Shown piece by piece: positions 11,801-24,886 of a stretch of 64,000 bases of DNA. Where the stretch lies: NCBI GenBank assembly GCA_051530055.1, contig CM121342.1:7136668-7200667 (forward strand), given 5' to 3'. Numbering within the stretch: position 1 is the first letter of the stretch; every line of letters starts with the position of its first letter. The notes below the pieces were generated by a model, which worked only from the letters and a program-made list of their open reading frames with translations, searched no databases and was not told the origin of the DNA. The DNA comes from Neoechinorhynchus agilis. Its lineage: Eukaryota > Animalia > Acanthocephala. The position numbers were made by a program, and so were the translations under genes.

Positions 11801-13859
11801 TTCAAATTGAACGAGTGTTGATCCGTTCCGACTATATTCTCTACTATGCACATGTATCGACCAGAATCGCTTGAATGTGCTGAAGAAATTTTTAGGCTGC
11901 CATCGCTGAGAACACTTTTGCGGTTGTCGAATTCGATTGGTACATTGTCTTGGTACCAGCGGGTTAATGGTGATGGATAACCAGTGGAACTACATTCCAA
12001 CACGAATTGTTGACCCAGTCGTGCAGTGGTGTCTTTTTGTTTATGGGAGATAAATGGTGAAACTAAAAAAAACAATGGAACTTTAGATGTTTTGTAGGTT
12101 AGGTGAAAAACTTTCCATATCAATTTATCTTTTAAAATATAAAGGTAAACATATTTTTCGTATAAAGAAATTAAGTTAAAACTCTAAGAAAAAACGACGA
12201 TTCAAATAAAAGTCAAAAATTGCCTCATTTTCAGATCGAAAGTGAGAAAAGTCTCATCAATCCTTGGTTTTTTTAAGATCGCTTACCGGCCTCTTCAACT
12301 GATACTTGACAAGAAGCTTCATCCGAGCCCAATTTATTGGTAGCAATGCAAGTATAAAGTCCGTTGTGCTTACTATGTCATGATTTCTAAAATTTTAAAG
12401 TCAAAAAAAGAGAGAAATCATGGAATACGTGAAGCGTTAAAGAAACGAAGAACATGTGGATATGATTTAGTTGAAAGATACGATTCTCCTTCGATTATAG
12501 GATTTCCATTCTTTGTCCATTGTACTTGAGGTTTAGGAAATCCTTCAACATTGCACTTAAGAACGAAATCTGATCCTTGAACAGGAAAGATCGATCGCTC
12601 TTCGAATTCCACTGAGGGCTCAGCTATGTTGGTTTCAATAGAACCAAAGTAATAAACACATAAAAAATCTTACATTCAATAGACAATTTAACTGCAGCGC
12701 TTATATACTTGCGTCCTTTTAAAACTCGACAGGTGTAAAGTCCAATATCTTCGATTAAAATTGAATCGAACACTAGTCCACTGGCTGTCGTGTATACCCG
12801 TAAACTCGACTTTAGTGGTTTATCATCCTTTTTAAATTTAAAATAAGGTTTTCTTTACTGAGGATTGCATTCCAGTGGTTAAATATGTTATTATTTAGAT
12901 CTGTCTTCTACAGCCGAGAAGGATCATTAAAGACAAAAAACTTACAAACAATAGAATTGGTGTTTTTTTATTTAGGGCTGAAAAACTGAAGGAGTTTTAT
13001 TAAATCCCTCAACTGAAATATCGGATTTAATAAAACTCCCTCAATTTTTCCGCCATAATTATCAGCCGTGTGATAAAAGGCCACACATTGATAAACAATA
13101 GAATTGATAAAATGACTCTGGTCTTGAAAGCGATCTCTCTCTCGGTTGTTGTTGTTGACAAACGACCAAAATAATAACTAAAAATCAATGAAATTTGTTT
13201 AGTTACCTTTTGCCACTCCAATATATATGGATTATTAGGTGAACATGGAATTATTAGCTTATCTCCGATTCTGACGGACACTAATCTTGGTGGTCTTTCT
13301 TTAAACACAGAGTCAAATTCGTTGGTATACAATCGTTTTTTCCTAATGAGCATCTGACAAGGCTTTAGGTTGCTCACTTGTATTCCAGCTACGTCCGGAG
13401 GTGTACGGCAAATTCCTTCAACTCTGTCGATCGACCTTAAAAACCTCTGGAACCTTCGAAACAAGTAGCAGTCACAGGCAAGGTTTGAACCCAGGTTACT
13501 AAAAGTGAATTTAGTCCAAATAAAGTGTTCGTGAATATTTTACATGTTCTTTAAATTTGGGAATTGCTTGAACCAATTTGAGTTCGCGATTAGAGGTTCG
13601 CATCTTCTTAGATCCCTTCGAAAATGACGCTCATTTATGAGTACTTTTAAATCCTAAACTTACAAACTGTGAATTTTATCATCATAGATTTTATTTATCC
13701 AAGCTAGACATTGCCTATTTAGACATTCAATTCTATCGCCTTCGTATCGACAATGAGGAGATGACCAAGAGCCTTGTAGCAGCACACCAATCAAAATAAT
13801 GCCTATCTGATGTCGTGATTTATGAATTTTACCATTATCCAAGAGAATAACAAAATCAT
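8840..13859 (-). CDS. PXDN: Peroxidasin (signal peptide, short LRR region, Ig domains, animal haem peroxidase domain), multi-exon
   Basis: LRR-CT NLACDC..ICRTPPD; Ig C..W..G.Y.C repeats; peroxidase motifs [78 protein letters not shown]. Several canonical 26-51 nt introns reconstructed by eye, plus three TA/TIR inserts. Confidence 0.93.
12981..13049. repeat. Short inverted repeat (hairpin) in a peroxidasin intron
   Basis: ggagttttattaaatcc (12991-13007) and ggatttaataaaactcc (13023-13039) are perfect 17-bp reverse complements. Confidence 0.85.
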
Positions 13860-16798
13860 ACCATAGGGAAGAAGGTAAATCTTTTTTTACGCCCGTCTAG
13901 TTGCTTTGAGCTCTTCTTAAATATCTATCAAGCTTATCTGGATCTTGACGTCTGTCAGCTTGTCTCTTCAGCCGAAATTCAGCAATAGAATGCCTTCCAA
14001 TGAACAGTGACGGTCAACAACGAGCAGCCCTTGCGTCTCTCAGAATTCTTTAACCACTTTGTATAATGATTTAAATCACAATATCGAATGGATTATTGCA
14101 AAAAAAGCACCAAACACACAAAAGCTTACTTTAATATTCGTAGTTATTTTAGAAGTGTGCTCATTTTGAACGCGGATGAGTAATTGGTTTTCTGACGAAA
14201 AACAATGATTCCTTCATTCGTTAGTCTCCAAACTCGTTTGATCGAAAATGAAGCATTGATGTGAAAACGTTTTTACTTTTTAAAAAAAATCTTGGAGGAA
14301 AACTTTATCCGGCAAAAAATGCCTAGCCGTCCTCAATTGTCGCCCGAATGCTTGCCGTGTTGCCTCTCAACCAGCTATATTCCGATAAAGTTGACTGTTC
14401 CGAGTGATCCCGCCGAAATAATGGATAAACCAAACATTTTGGATGGTTGCAGAAAAATATGATGTGATCAGATAGCGATATGAGCGTCTTTAATTATGAT
14501 TTTTTTGAAATAATTATTGGAAATTGTGCATCGTTTATCATTTGCTAAAGTCGTCTAAAAATGAACAACGGAAAATCAAACCAAAACTGGTTCTAATCGC
14601 TACTTTAACTGTGCTTAAAGGTAATAAATATTCAGAGACAGAGTAGTTAAAAGATGTTTTCTTACAAAAATTAATTTGGCTTTCCTGAATATAGATTAAA
14701 TTGTTAGTTCAACGCAAAAAAAATATTTGATCATTATGTTTTGAATAGCAGTTTTAAATATTACCGCTGGTCTGTATTTGCTGATACAAAAAAGAAGTGA
14801 AAACTTCCTTCGCTTTCGTTCTTAAAAGCATATCCATCGTTCAAGACTTTTAAGAGCTTGATAACCAAGCTTCAATGCAGTGTTCATGAAGCAAGCGACC
14901 CATTGTTTTAATTTTGGTGAAAATACTAGAAATATTTCGCAGAGGAGGTAACCTCGCCTCATTAGTCATCTAAAAATATGTTTTTCCCATTCAAATATCT
15001 CAAATCAAATATGCTAACGATAATCTTTAAAAATTTGAACCTTTGATTTAAATAAAAAGAAGATAGAATTATGAAATCTACTATTGCTACTTAACATATA
15101 AATGATGATTCTCAAGTAACCGTAAAATTTGATTCCACTGATCTTTTCTCTATACCATCCTAGAGAATTGTGGATTCATGCTGAATGTCTACATTTTTGA
15201 AACATTTGGCTTAAAAGAATTGGTGTTTATTCTTCTCCAGGTCTCTGATTTTTCGTCTTTCAGTCAATCCATAATAAAAAGAAGGAAAATCAAGTAAACA
15301 ATCGCAAATACTATCAATGTTATTGTTGCTTTCCACTCATTATTCTGCGTCCTTAGGGTCTCTAACGGTGATTAGCGGCGGATACCTTGCTAATCAACCT
15401 TCAGATAATCTTACTCTGCATTCGAAATTTACTTCTTCGAAACGCCTCTTGAAATTATAAATCCTTTTTTTTGATTGTGTAAATGCAATCAACCGAGGAT
15501 TTTCCGTGATTGGAATATCCTAGCAAGTTTTATTTTTAAACCTTTTAATATCCAGAACACGCAAAGTGTTCAATTTTAATATTAATCATATCGAGAGAAA
15601 ATCCATCGGGATAATATAAGAAATTAGACCCATGTACCTTTGGGTTCCAGATTTTTTGGAATGTCCGTTCGAATGAGAATATGTCCGGTCGGGTTGGAAG
15701 GTCTTCGTTCTGGTGGGAATTTGTGGAATATTGTTTGCAGGAGGTGGGGTTGGTCTCCCAAATGAGCCAGACTCGGGAACCCAGGGGAGGAGGTAAGAAA
15801 TCATTTTATTGTTCGCAAAATATTTCGAAAAAGAGGAAACCTTCTCGCTTTATCAATCATTGTTTCGCAAGTTTGTCACTACGTTGAAGTGGCAAACTTT
15901 CGCGAAATATTTCAGAACAATCAAATGATTTTTAACCGAGTGATTATCTTCACCAAAGGTCAAAAATACATTTTTGAGTTATTGATCAAGTTTTTATTTT
16001 AAATCAGTACTCGGACGCCATCTTACGACTTCCTCGGGAATTTTTTTGGTTTCAATAATCATTGAGATTATTGCTGTTTAACCCTCGTTACAGAGATTTT
16101 TACTCCGTAAAAAGAAATCGCAGACTCAAAAATGCCAAATTCGGCTAGATTTTCACTTTATCTTCTTCTAACGCATTTTTCTGTTTCTCGACAGGTTGTG
16201 GTTCCTTCGACAACCAATTTATCCTGTTTTAGATTTTCCCTTTTTCATCATCATAGAAATATTTGTCTAAATTGACCACTCTACGTCTTCTAAAGCAAGT
16301 TAAAATTTGAAGTTTTAAACTGTTTTTTAGAATTTTTATATGTGGCTCAGCCGGTAGTCTTTTGATTAGATATTTTTTCCGGGACGAAATACCTCGCTGA
16401 AGGAGGAAACTCACTGAGTCCCGCCTCCTCGGGAGATTTCGGAGAATCCGGAGGGATTCATACAAACTCATTTACCGTACGATCTTGGAGCATTGAGCGC
16501 AGACCAGCGCTTCCCAGACCAATGAATCGGTGGACTGCGTGTGTCCATTCGGCCGTGTATGGAAAAAATATCTATAAACTGTATTTCATTGCTCAAAATA
16601 AGAACAATCAACGGTCTTTTAGTTTTTTTATCCATATACTACCACTGTTCCGCAACACTTGTCACATTTGATCAAACTTTTATAGCTAAACTTCTGTTAG
16701 ACTGATTTTCAAAAATAATAGCTTTTTAAAGAAGAGAAACTCAAGGCTTTTTAGCAACCTTTAACATACAAAAAAATGCGATTTGGAAATAAGTTGGA

Positions 16799-16961
16799 AT
16801 TATTGTTTAGAAGTCTTCATTCGCGGTGAATGATTTCTTTTCGATTAAAAAGACGTTCTGTGGACCTCGTCAACAATCCACAGAACTCGACGAGGTCCAC
16901 AGAACATCTTTTTAATCGAAAAGAAATCATTCACCGCGAATCAAGACTTCTAAACAATAAT
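16799..16961. repeat. Long near-perfect inverted repeat (~73-bp arms, 17-nt loop), MITE- or hairpin-RNA-like
   Basis: attattgtttagaagtcttcattcgcggtg...ctgtggacctcgtc pairs with gacgaggtccacag...caccgcgaatcaagacttctaaacaataat with 2 mismatches. Confidence 0.92.
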
Positions 16962-17539
16962 GCGAATAATCACATTCCCCCTCCGGTACCTCACATATCG
17001 TCATTTTTGAAAATAAATTCTTTATTAATTTTATAGTAGCAACATTAATTTGATTGTATTCTACATGGTTTCGGTATTACATTTTCTATTTTTATGGCTA
17101 ATCTTATAGAAGCTGTTTCCGTTTGAACTTTTAGAAAATAATATGGTACGAATTTAGTAAATCTTAAAAAAATCAATAATCGAACCACAAGTTTCTTTAT
17201 AACGTTAAGGTAACTTATCTAATAATGCAGACTAATTTACCATCAAGAGTTTTTGCGTTCGGTTAAATTGACTAAAGAAATTCACTACATGTTTTGAATT
17301 TCCGGGTGGCACTTCAGATTTGATTACAGCGCGTGAGGAATATATAATCAAAAATGAATGCACGGTATCGGGAATATTGACCAAATCGATCGATTTAAGT
17401 GCTTATTGAAACCATTACCTATGGAATTTTACCGCTGGCCAAGGAAAATACAAATAAGTTTCAGAATGCACTTGTTTCTCGATCTTTTAATCATAATTGG
17501 ATACCATTAAAATCAGAAATAGTAAACTAATTTTAGAAA

Positions 17540-18244
17540 ATGTCAAAGGAGCTCATCGACGACTTTCCACTTTATGGAAATTTCAAAAACTACTACACTT
17601 TTAATCCAGTTGAATCGAGAATGAATATAATACGATCATCTCGTCTATTAACCGACGAATTAAGAACTTCCTCAAACGATTTCCGTACTCTGATACACTA
17701 CGACATTGGTAGTAATATTGGTGATCTAAGTAAAGCATTGAACACTCATTTACGGAACATAACGAGTCGTCCCGTTCAAACTATCGCAATTGACATGGAC
17801 GAAGATCTCGTATCGATCGCAACACAAAAACATTCACTTGATTCGTCGTCTATAAACTTCAAGTGTATAGATGTTATGAACATTAGTGAATTGAATACGA
17901 GTCCTCAACAGTTTACAATTGTCACTTGCTTCTCAATAACAATGTGGATACATATTCATCACGGAGATGACGGTCTCTTAAAATTTCTTGATATCGTTTC
18001 GAAGAACGTCAATGTTCTTATAATTGAACCTCAAGAATGGAGGTCATATCTTAGTGCAATGAGAAGACGAAGGCGTTCAGGACTTGGTAACGCGGAAAGT
18101 TTCACTCAAATACGAATCAGAGGTGAAAATGTGACCAAGAAAATAGCGGAATACGTTCAATCTGATTGCAAAATGAATGTATTGGACAAATCATTCAATT
18201 GTACTCAATGGAACCGAACTGTTCTCTTCTTTAAAAAGACTTGA
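17540..18244 (+). CDS. BCDIN3D: Bin3/BCDIN3D-family RNA 5'-phosphate methyltransferase, intronless
   Basis: YGNFKNYYTFNP, SAM motif YDIGSNIGDLS, FSITMWIHIHHGDDGL, LIIEPQEWRSY match the family pattern. Confidence 0.8.
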   Translation: MSKELIDDFPLYGNFKNYYTFNPVESRMNIIRSSRLLTDELRTSSNDFRTLIHYDIGSNIGDLSKALNTHLRNITSRPVQTIAIDMDEDLVSIATQKHSLDSSSINFKCIDVMNISELNTSPQQFTIVTCFSITMWIHIHHGDDGLLKFLDIVSKNVNVLIIEPQEWRSYLSAMRRRRRSGLGNAESFTQIRIRGENVTKKIAEYVQSDCKMNVLDKSFNCTQWNRTVLFFKKT

Positions 18245-18540
18245 ATCACTGAGGTTGCTTTTCAAATACGGAAACGTTCAGCTTAAAATAATTAATCTTC
18301 AATGGGTTTTGTGGTCTCCGATATTTAAACTTACCGAATAATTAGAATTTTCTATCAGGCCACTTTTTAGAAATCTTTTTCTAATGAAAGGGAAATCTTC
18401 TGGACAATTGACTAAAAAGATCCCATTTAAGTTCAACGAATTTTAAATTAATTGATTCCGATTGATTTTAAAGGCACAATCTTCTCCATGCTTTTATCAA
18501 GAGTAATTTATTGAAGCTGCCGTCACAAAAACCGATTATA

Positions 18541-20850
18541 AGTCCAATATTTCGCGAAAACAAGGACAAACTTTGGGAAAATCATTCAAATTGAAATCCA
18601 AGGAGAATTTTTGTTATTAAAAGAAAATATTCTTCCTAGAACCCCGTCGTAGATCCATATAAAAACATGAACAATTCAATGTTTAGACACAAAAAAACGG
18701 TGTTTAAAGGTTGAACTTTTCTAATGTTTGTTTTTGTGGCGTAACTTGCAAAACAATCTTGTAAAAAGGCGTATAAAATTGTACCAAAAACAATCGGATT
18801 TAACCAAATTTTAAAATTTTACGCCACAAAACCTTAGAATAATTCAATTTTTAAACACCGTTTTTTATGTCTAAACATTGAATTAGGGAAAATCCTAGAA
18901 CTTAGTCTTCTTTCACTATTGTTCTCTTGAAAATAAGTCCAATATTTCGCGAAAACAAGGACAAACTTTGGGAAAATCATTCAAATTGAAATCCAAGGAG
19001 AATTTTTGTTATTAAAAGAAAATATTCTTCCTAGAACCCCGGCGAAGATCCATATAAAAAATGAACAATTCAATGTTTAGACATAAAAAACGGTTTTTAA
19101 AGCTCGAACTTTTCTAATGTTTGTTTTTGTGGCGTAACTTGCAAAACAATCTTGTAAAAAAGGCGTACAAAATTGTACCAAAAACAATCGGATTTAACCA
19201 AAATTTTAAAATTTTACCACAAAACCTTAGAATAATTCAATTTTTAAACACCGTTTTTTATGTCTAAACATTGAATTAGGGAAAATCCTGAACTTAGTCT
19301 TCTTTCACTATTGTTCTCTTGAAAATAAGTCAATATTTCGCGAAAACAAGGACAAACTTTGGAAAATCATTCAAATTGAAATCCAAGGAGAATTTTTGTT
19401 ATTAAAAGAAAATATTCTTCCTAGAACCCCGTCGTAGATCCATATAAAAACATGAACAATTCAATGTTTAGACAAAAAAAACGGTTTTTAAAGGTTGAAC
19501 TTTTCTAATGTTTGTTTTTGTGGCGTAACTTGCAAAACAATCTTGTAAAAAAGGCGTACAAAATTGTACCAAAAACAATCGGATTTAACCAAAATTTTAA
19601 AATTTTACGCCACAAAACCTTAGAATAATTCAATTTTTAAACACCGTTTTTTATGTCTAAACATTGAATTAGGGAAAATCCTAGAACTTAGTCTTCTTTC
19701 ATTATTGTTCTCTTGAAAATAAGTCCAATATTTCGCGAAAACAAGGACAAACTTTGGGAAAATCATTCAAATTGAAATCCAAGGAGAATTTTTGTTATTA
19801 AAAGAAAATATTCTTTCTAGAACCCCGTCGTAGATCCATATAAAAACATGAACAATTCAATGTTTAGACAAAAAAAACGGTTTTTAAAGGTTGAACTTTT
19901 CTAATGTTTGTTTTTGTCGTAACTTGCAAAACAATCTTGTAAAAAAGGCGTACAAAATTGTACCAAAAACAATCGGATTTAACCAAAATTTTAAAATTTT
20001 ACGCCACAAAACCTTAGAATAATTCAATTTTTAAACACCGTTTTTTATGTCTAAACATTGAATTAGGGAAAATCCTAGAACTTAGTCTTCTTTCATTATT
20101 GTTCTTTTGAAAATAAGTCCAATATTTCGCGAAAACAAGGACAAACTTTGGGAAAATCATTCAAATTGAAATCCAAGGAGAATTTTTGTTATTAAAAGAA
20201 AATATTCTTTCTAGAACCCCGTCGTAGATCCATATAAAAACATGAACAATTCAATGTTTAGACACAAAAAAAACGGTTTTTAAAGGTTGAACTTTTCTAA
20301 TGTTTGTTTTTGTGGCGTAACTTGCAAAACAATCTTGTAAAAAAAAGCATACAAAAATTGTACCAAAAACAATCGGATTTAACCAAAATTTTTAAATTTT
20401 ACGCCACAAAACCTTAGAATAATTCAATTTTTAAACACCGTTTTTTATGTCTAAACATTGAATTAGGGAAAATCCTAGAACTTAGTCTTCTTTCATTATT
20501 GTTCTCTTGAAAATAAGTCCAATACTTCGCGAAAACAAGGACAAACTTTGGGAAAATCATTCAAATTGAAATCCAAGGAGAATTTTTGTTATTAAAAGAA
20601 AATATTCTTTCTAGAACCCCGTCGTAGATCCATATAAAAACATGAACAATTCAATTTTTAGACACAAAAAAAACGGTTTTTAAAGGTTGAACTTTTCTAA
20701 TGTTTGTTTTTGTGGCGTAACTTGCAAAACAATCTTGTAAAAAAAAGCATACAAAAATTGTACCAAAAACAATCGGATTTAACCAAAAATTTTAAAATTT
20801 TACGCCACAAAAAAACCTTAGAATAATTCAATTTTTAAACACCGTTTTTT
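18541..20850. repeat. Tandem satellite C, ~395-bp unit, ~6 copies, each unit containing a ~210-bp MITE-like foldback
   Basis: agtccaatatttcgcg at 18541, 18936, 19328, 19722, 20116, 20516; internal inverted arms at 18673-18744 and 18819-18884. Confidence 0.96.
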
Positions 20851-21911
20851 ATTAATGCGAAATTTTACCTCCTCGATTCGCCATTAATAAAAATCGAAAA
20901 CCACTCGAAAGCAACCGTGGATAAAACCGTTTTTTATGTTTAAACATTGAATTGGGAACTCTACGTTTCAGTTATTCGATTTGTTTTTTAGCAATGCAAA
21001 GGGTTTCAGTTTTCGTTAACAAAAATATTAAAGATTGTTTTTTAAAATTGAAGATACCATAGCATTTTTCGTTTTTAAAAATATAGAAAAAAAGATTTTG
21101 CTCAGCTTCATCGATCCCTCCGAAATCAATTGGAATCAATAAAGTCTTTTAATAATTATCGGGCGGAAAAAACGGGACGCAAGCCTGCTTCTGAGCATTA
21201 AAGAAAATAAGTTTTTTATCATTTATAGATTTTCGCAATGAACAAAAATTGAGATTGATTTTCATTAATTCTCAATATTTCGTCCGTTTCCTGCACTTGC
21301 GATTTTAACACCTTAACAACATGAAGAAGTTCAAGGAAACGGAATCCGCTGGGAACGACACCGATAATCTTCACGTTTTCGTTCACGAAAGACCCAAATG
21401 GACAAAAATTTGATTGATACAATCGATTAGTCGGCACACTCGAAAAATCGAACGATTTTGGCGTAAATTCGAACTGAACGCTAAGATCTTCTTGAAAGTG
21501 TAATGAAATTAAAAGGATTTTATTAATTCCAATTGTTTTCGGAACCATAATTTCGTACGCATTTATCACTGTTGTAAAATTTTGTGGCAGATTCGCTGGC
21601 TCGAATCTTATCTTCACAATCGCAAACAATACATTCGCTGCCGATCAACCTCCTCGATGATCATTCAATCCCTCAAGATTTGATCAAGACGTCGAATTTG
21701 AATATCAAATTTTATCAGTCCACCGTTCAATCCGTTAATGGTCCGTTAAATTTTATAGTTTCTCCGCCACTTTGGTGATCGCTTTTGCGAAAGTCAAAAA
21801 TTCCAATCTTTTACGTGCCACTCTCACATTCACAGATAAAAACTTCTTGCTTTTGTCGCCATTGACCGCATCCCACGGTAGAATCATTTGCCAGGCGGCC
21901 GAAATGGTGCC

Positions 21912-24886
21912 GAACGTTCAAAATCATCAGTTATTTTGGATTCTGATCGAATCTTCTTTTTTAGATGTCAAATTCAAAACAACTCAGCGGAAGGAAGTAA
22001 ACAAAAAGGAATGAGAATTAACCAATTCCGAAACGACCGAGATTTGAACCGAACCTTCAAAATCATCAGTTATTTTGCATTTTAATCGAATCTTCTTTTT
22101 TAGATGTCAAATTCAAAACAACTCAGCGGAAGGAAGTAAACAAAAAGGAATGAGAATTAACCAATTCCGAAACGACCGAGAACTGAACCGAACCTTCAAA
22201 ATCATCAGTTATTTTTGATTCTGATCGAATCTTCTTTTTTAGATGTCAAATTCAAAACAACTCAGCGAAAGGAAGTAAACAAAAAGGAATGAGAATTAAC
22301 CAATTCCGAAACGACCGAGATTTGAACCGAACCTTCAAAATCATCAGTTATTTTGCATTCTAATCGAATCTTCTTTTTTAGATGTCAAATTCAAAACAAC
22401 TCAGCGGAAGGAAGTAAACAAAAAGGAATGAGAATTAACCAATTCCGAAACGACCGAGATTTGAACCGAACCTTCAAAATCATCAGTTATTTTGCATTTT
22501 AATCGAATCTTCTTTTTTAGATGTCAAATTCAAAACAACTCAGCGGAAGGAAGTAAACAAAAAGGAATGAGAATTAACCAATTCCGAAACGACCGAGATT
22601 TGAACCGAACCTTCAAAATCATCAGTTATTTTGCATTTTAATCGAATCTTCTTTTTTAGATGTCAAATTCAAAACAACTCAGCGGAAGGAAGTAAACAAA
22701 AAGGAATGAGAATTAACCAATTCCGAAACGACCGAGATTTGAACCGAACCTTCAAAATCATCAGTTATTTTTGATTCTGATCGAATCTTCTTTTTTAGAT
22801 GTCAAATTCAAAACAACTCAGCGGAAGGAAGTAAACAAAAAGGAATGAGAATTAACCAATTCCGAAACGACCGAGATTTGAACCGAACCTTCAAAATCAT
22901 CAGTTATTTTTGATTCTGATCGAATCTTCTTTTTTAGATGTCAAATTCAAAACAACTCAGCGGAAGGAAGTAAACAAAAAGGAATGAGAATTAACCAATT
23001 CCGAAACGACCGAGATTTGAACCGAACCTTCAAAATCATCAGTTATTTTTCATTTTAATCGAATCTTCTTTTTTAGATGTCAAATTCAAAACAACTCAGC
23101 GGAAGGAAGTAAACAAAAAGGAATGAGAATTAACCAATTCCGAAACGACCGAGATTTGAACCGAACCTTCAAAATCATCAGTTATTTTGCATTTTAATCG
23201 AATCTTCTTTTTTTGATGTCAAATTCAAAACAACTCAGCGGAAGGAAGTAAACAAAAAGGAATGAGAATTAACCAATTCCGAAACGACCGAGATTTGAAC
23301 CGAACCTTCAAAATCATCAGTTATTTTTGATTCTGATCGAATCTTCTTTTTTAGATGTCAAATTCAAAACAACTCAGCGAAAGGAAGTAAACAAAAAGGA
23401 ATGAGAATTAACCAATTCCGAAACGACCGAGATTTGAACCGAACCTTCAAAATCATCAGTTATTTTGCATTTTAATCGAATCTTCTTTTTTAGATGTCAA
23501 ATTCAAAACAACTCAGCGGAAGGAAGTAAACAAAAAGGAATGAGAATTAACCAATTCCGAAACGACCGAGATTTGAACCGAACCTTCAAAATCATCAGTT
23601 ATTTTTGATTCTAATCGAATCTTCTTTTTTAGATGTCAAATTCAAAACAACTCAGCGGAAGGAAGTAAACAAAAAGGAATGAGAATTAACCAATTCCGAA
23701 ACGACCGAGATTTGAACCGAACCTTCAAAATCATCAGTTATTTTGCATTTTAATCGAATCTTCTTTTTTAGATGTCAAATTCAAAACAACTCAGCGGAAG
23801 GAAGTAAACAAAAAGGAATGAGAATTAACCAATTCCGAAACGACCGAGATTTGAACCGAACCTTCAAAATCATCAGTTATTTTTGATTCTGATCGAATCT
23901 TCTTTTTTAGATGTCAAATTCAAAACAACTCAGCGAAAGGAAGTAAACAAAAAGGAATGAGAATTAACCAATTCCGAAACGACCGAGATTTGAACCGAAC
24001 CTTCAAAATCATCAGTTATTTTGGATTCTAATCGAATCTTCTTTTTTAGATGTCAAATTCAAAACAACTCAGCGGAAGGAAGTAAACAAAAAGGAATGAG
24101 AATTAACCAATTCCGAAACGACCGAGATTTGAACCGAACCTTCAAAATCATCAGTTATTTTTCATTCTAATCGAATCTTCTTTTTTAGATGTCAAATTCA
24201 AAACAACTCAGCGAAAGGAAGTAAACAAAAAGGAATGAGAATTAACCAATTCCGAAACGACCGAGATTTGAACCGAACCTTCAAAATCATCAGTTATTTT
24301 GCATTCTAATCGAATCTTCTTTTTTAGATGTCAAATTCAAAACAACTCAGCGGAAGGAAGTAAACAAAAAGGAATGAGAATTAACCAATTCCGAAACGAC
24401 CGAGATTTGAACCGAACCTTCAAAATCATCAGTTATTTTGGATTCTAATCGAATCTTCTTTTTTAGATGTCAAATTCAAAACAACTCAGCGAAGGAAGTA
24501 AACAAAAAGGAATGAGAATTAACCAATTCCGAAACGACCGAGATTTGAACCGAACCTTCAAAATCATCAGTTATTTTGCATTTTAATCGAATCTTCTTTT
24601 TTTGATGTCAAATTCAAAACAACTCAGCGGAAGGAAGTAAACAAAAAGGAATGAGAATTAACCAATTCCGAAACGACCGAGATTTGAACCGAACCTTCAA
24701 AATCATCAGTTATTTTTGATTCTGATCGAATCTTCTTTTTTAGATGTCAAATTCAAAACAACTCAGCGGAAGGAAGTAAACAAAAAGGAATGAGAATTAA
24801 CCAATTCCGAAACGACCGAGATTTGAACCGAACCTTCAAAATCATCAGTTATTTTTGATTCTGATCGAATCTTCATTTGTTTTTAG
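21912..24886. repeat. Tandem satellite D, 139-bp unit, 21 copies, derived from the FBXW7 acceptor/start region
   Basis: agatgtcaaattcaaaac at 21963, 22102, 22241, 22380... to 24885; the unit aligns to the first ~90 nt of the FBXW7 ORF. Confidence 0.97.

Noticed and set aside
13805-13837. TA-flanked 30-bp segment in the peroxidasin signal peptide
   Set aside because: No convincing TIR, and a canonical 26-nt GT-AG intron gives an equally good in-frame product.
21219-21900. Minus-strand coding-like region next to satellite D
   Set aside because: Several frame breaks could not be resolved and no family motif was recognised.
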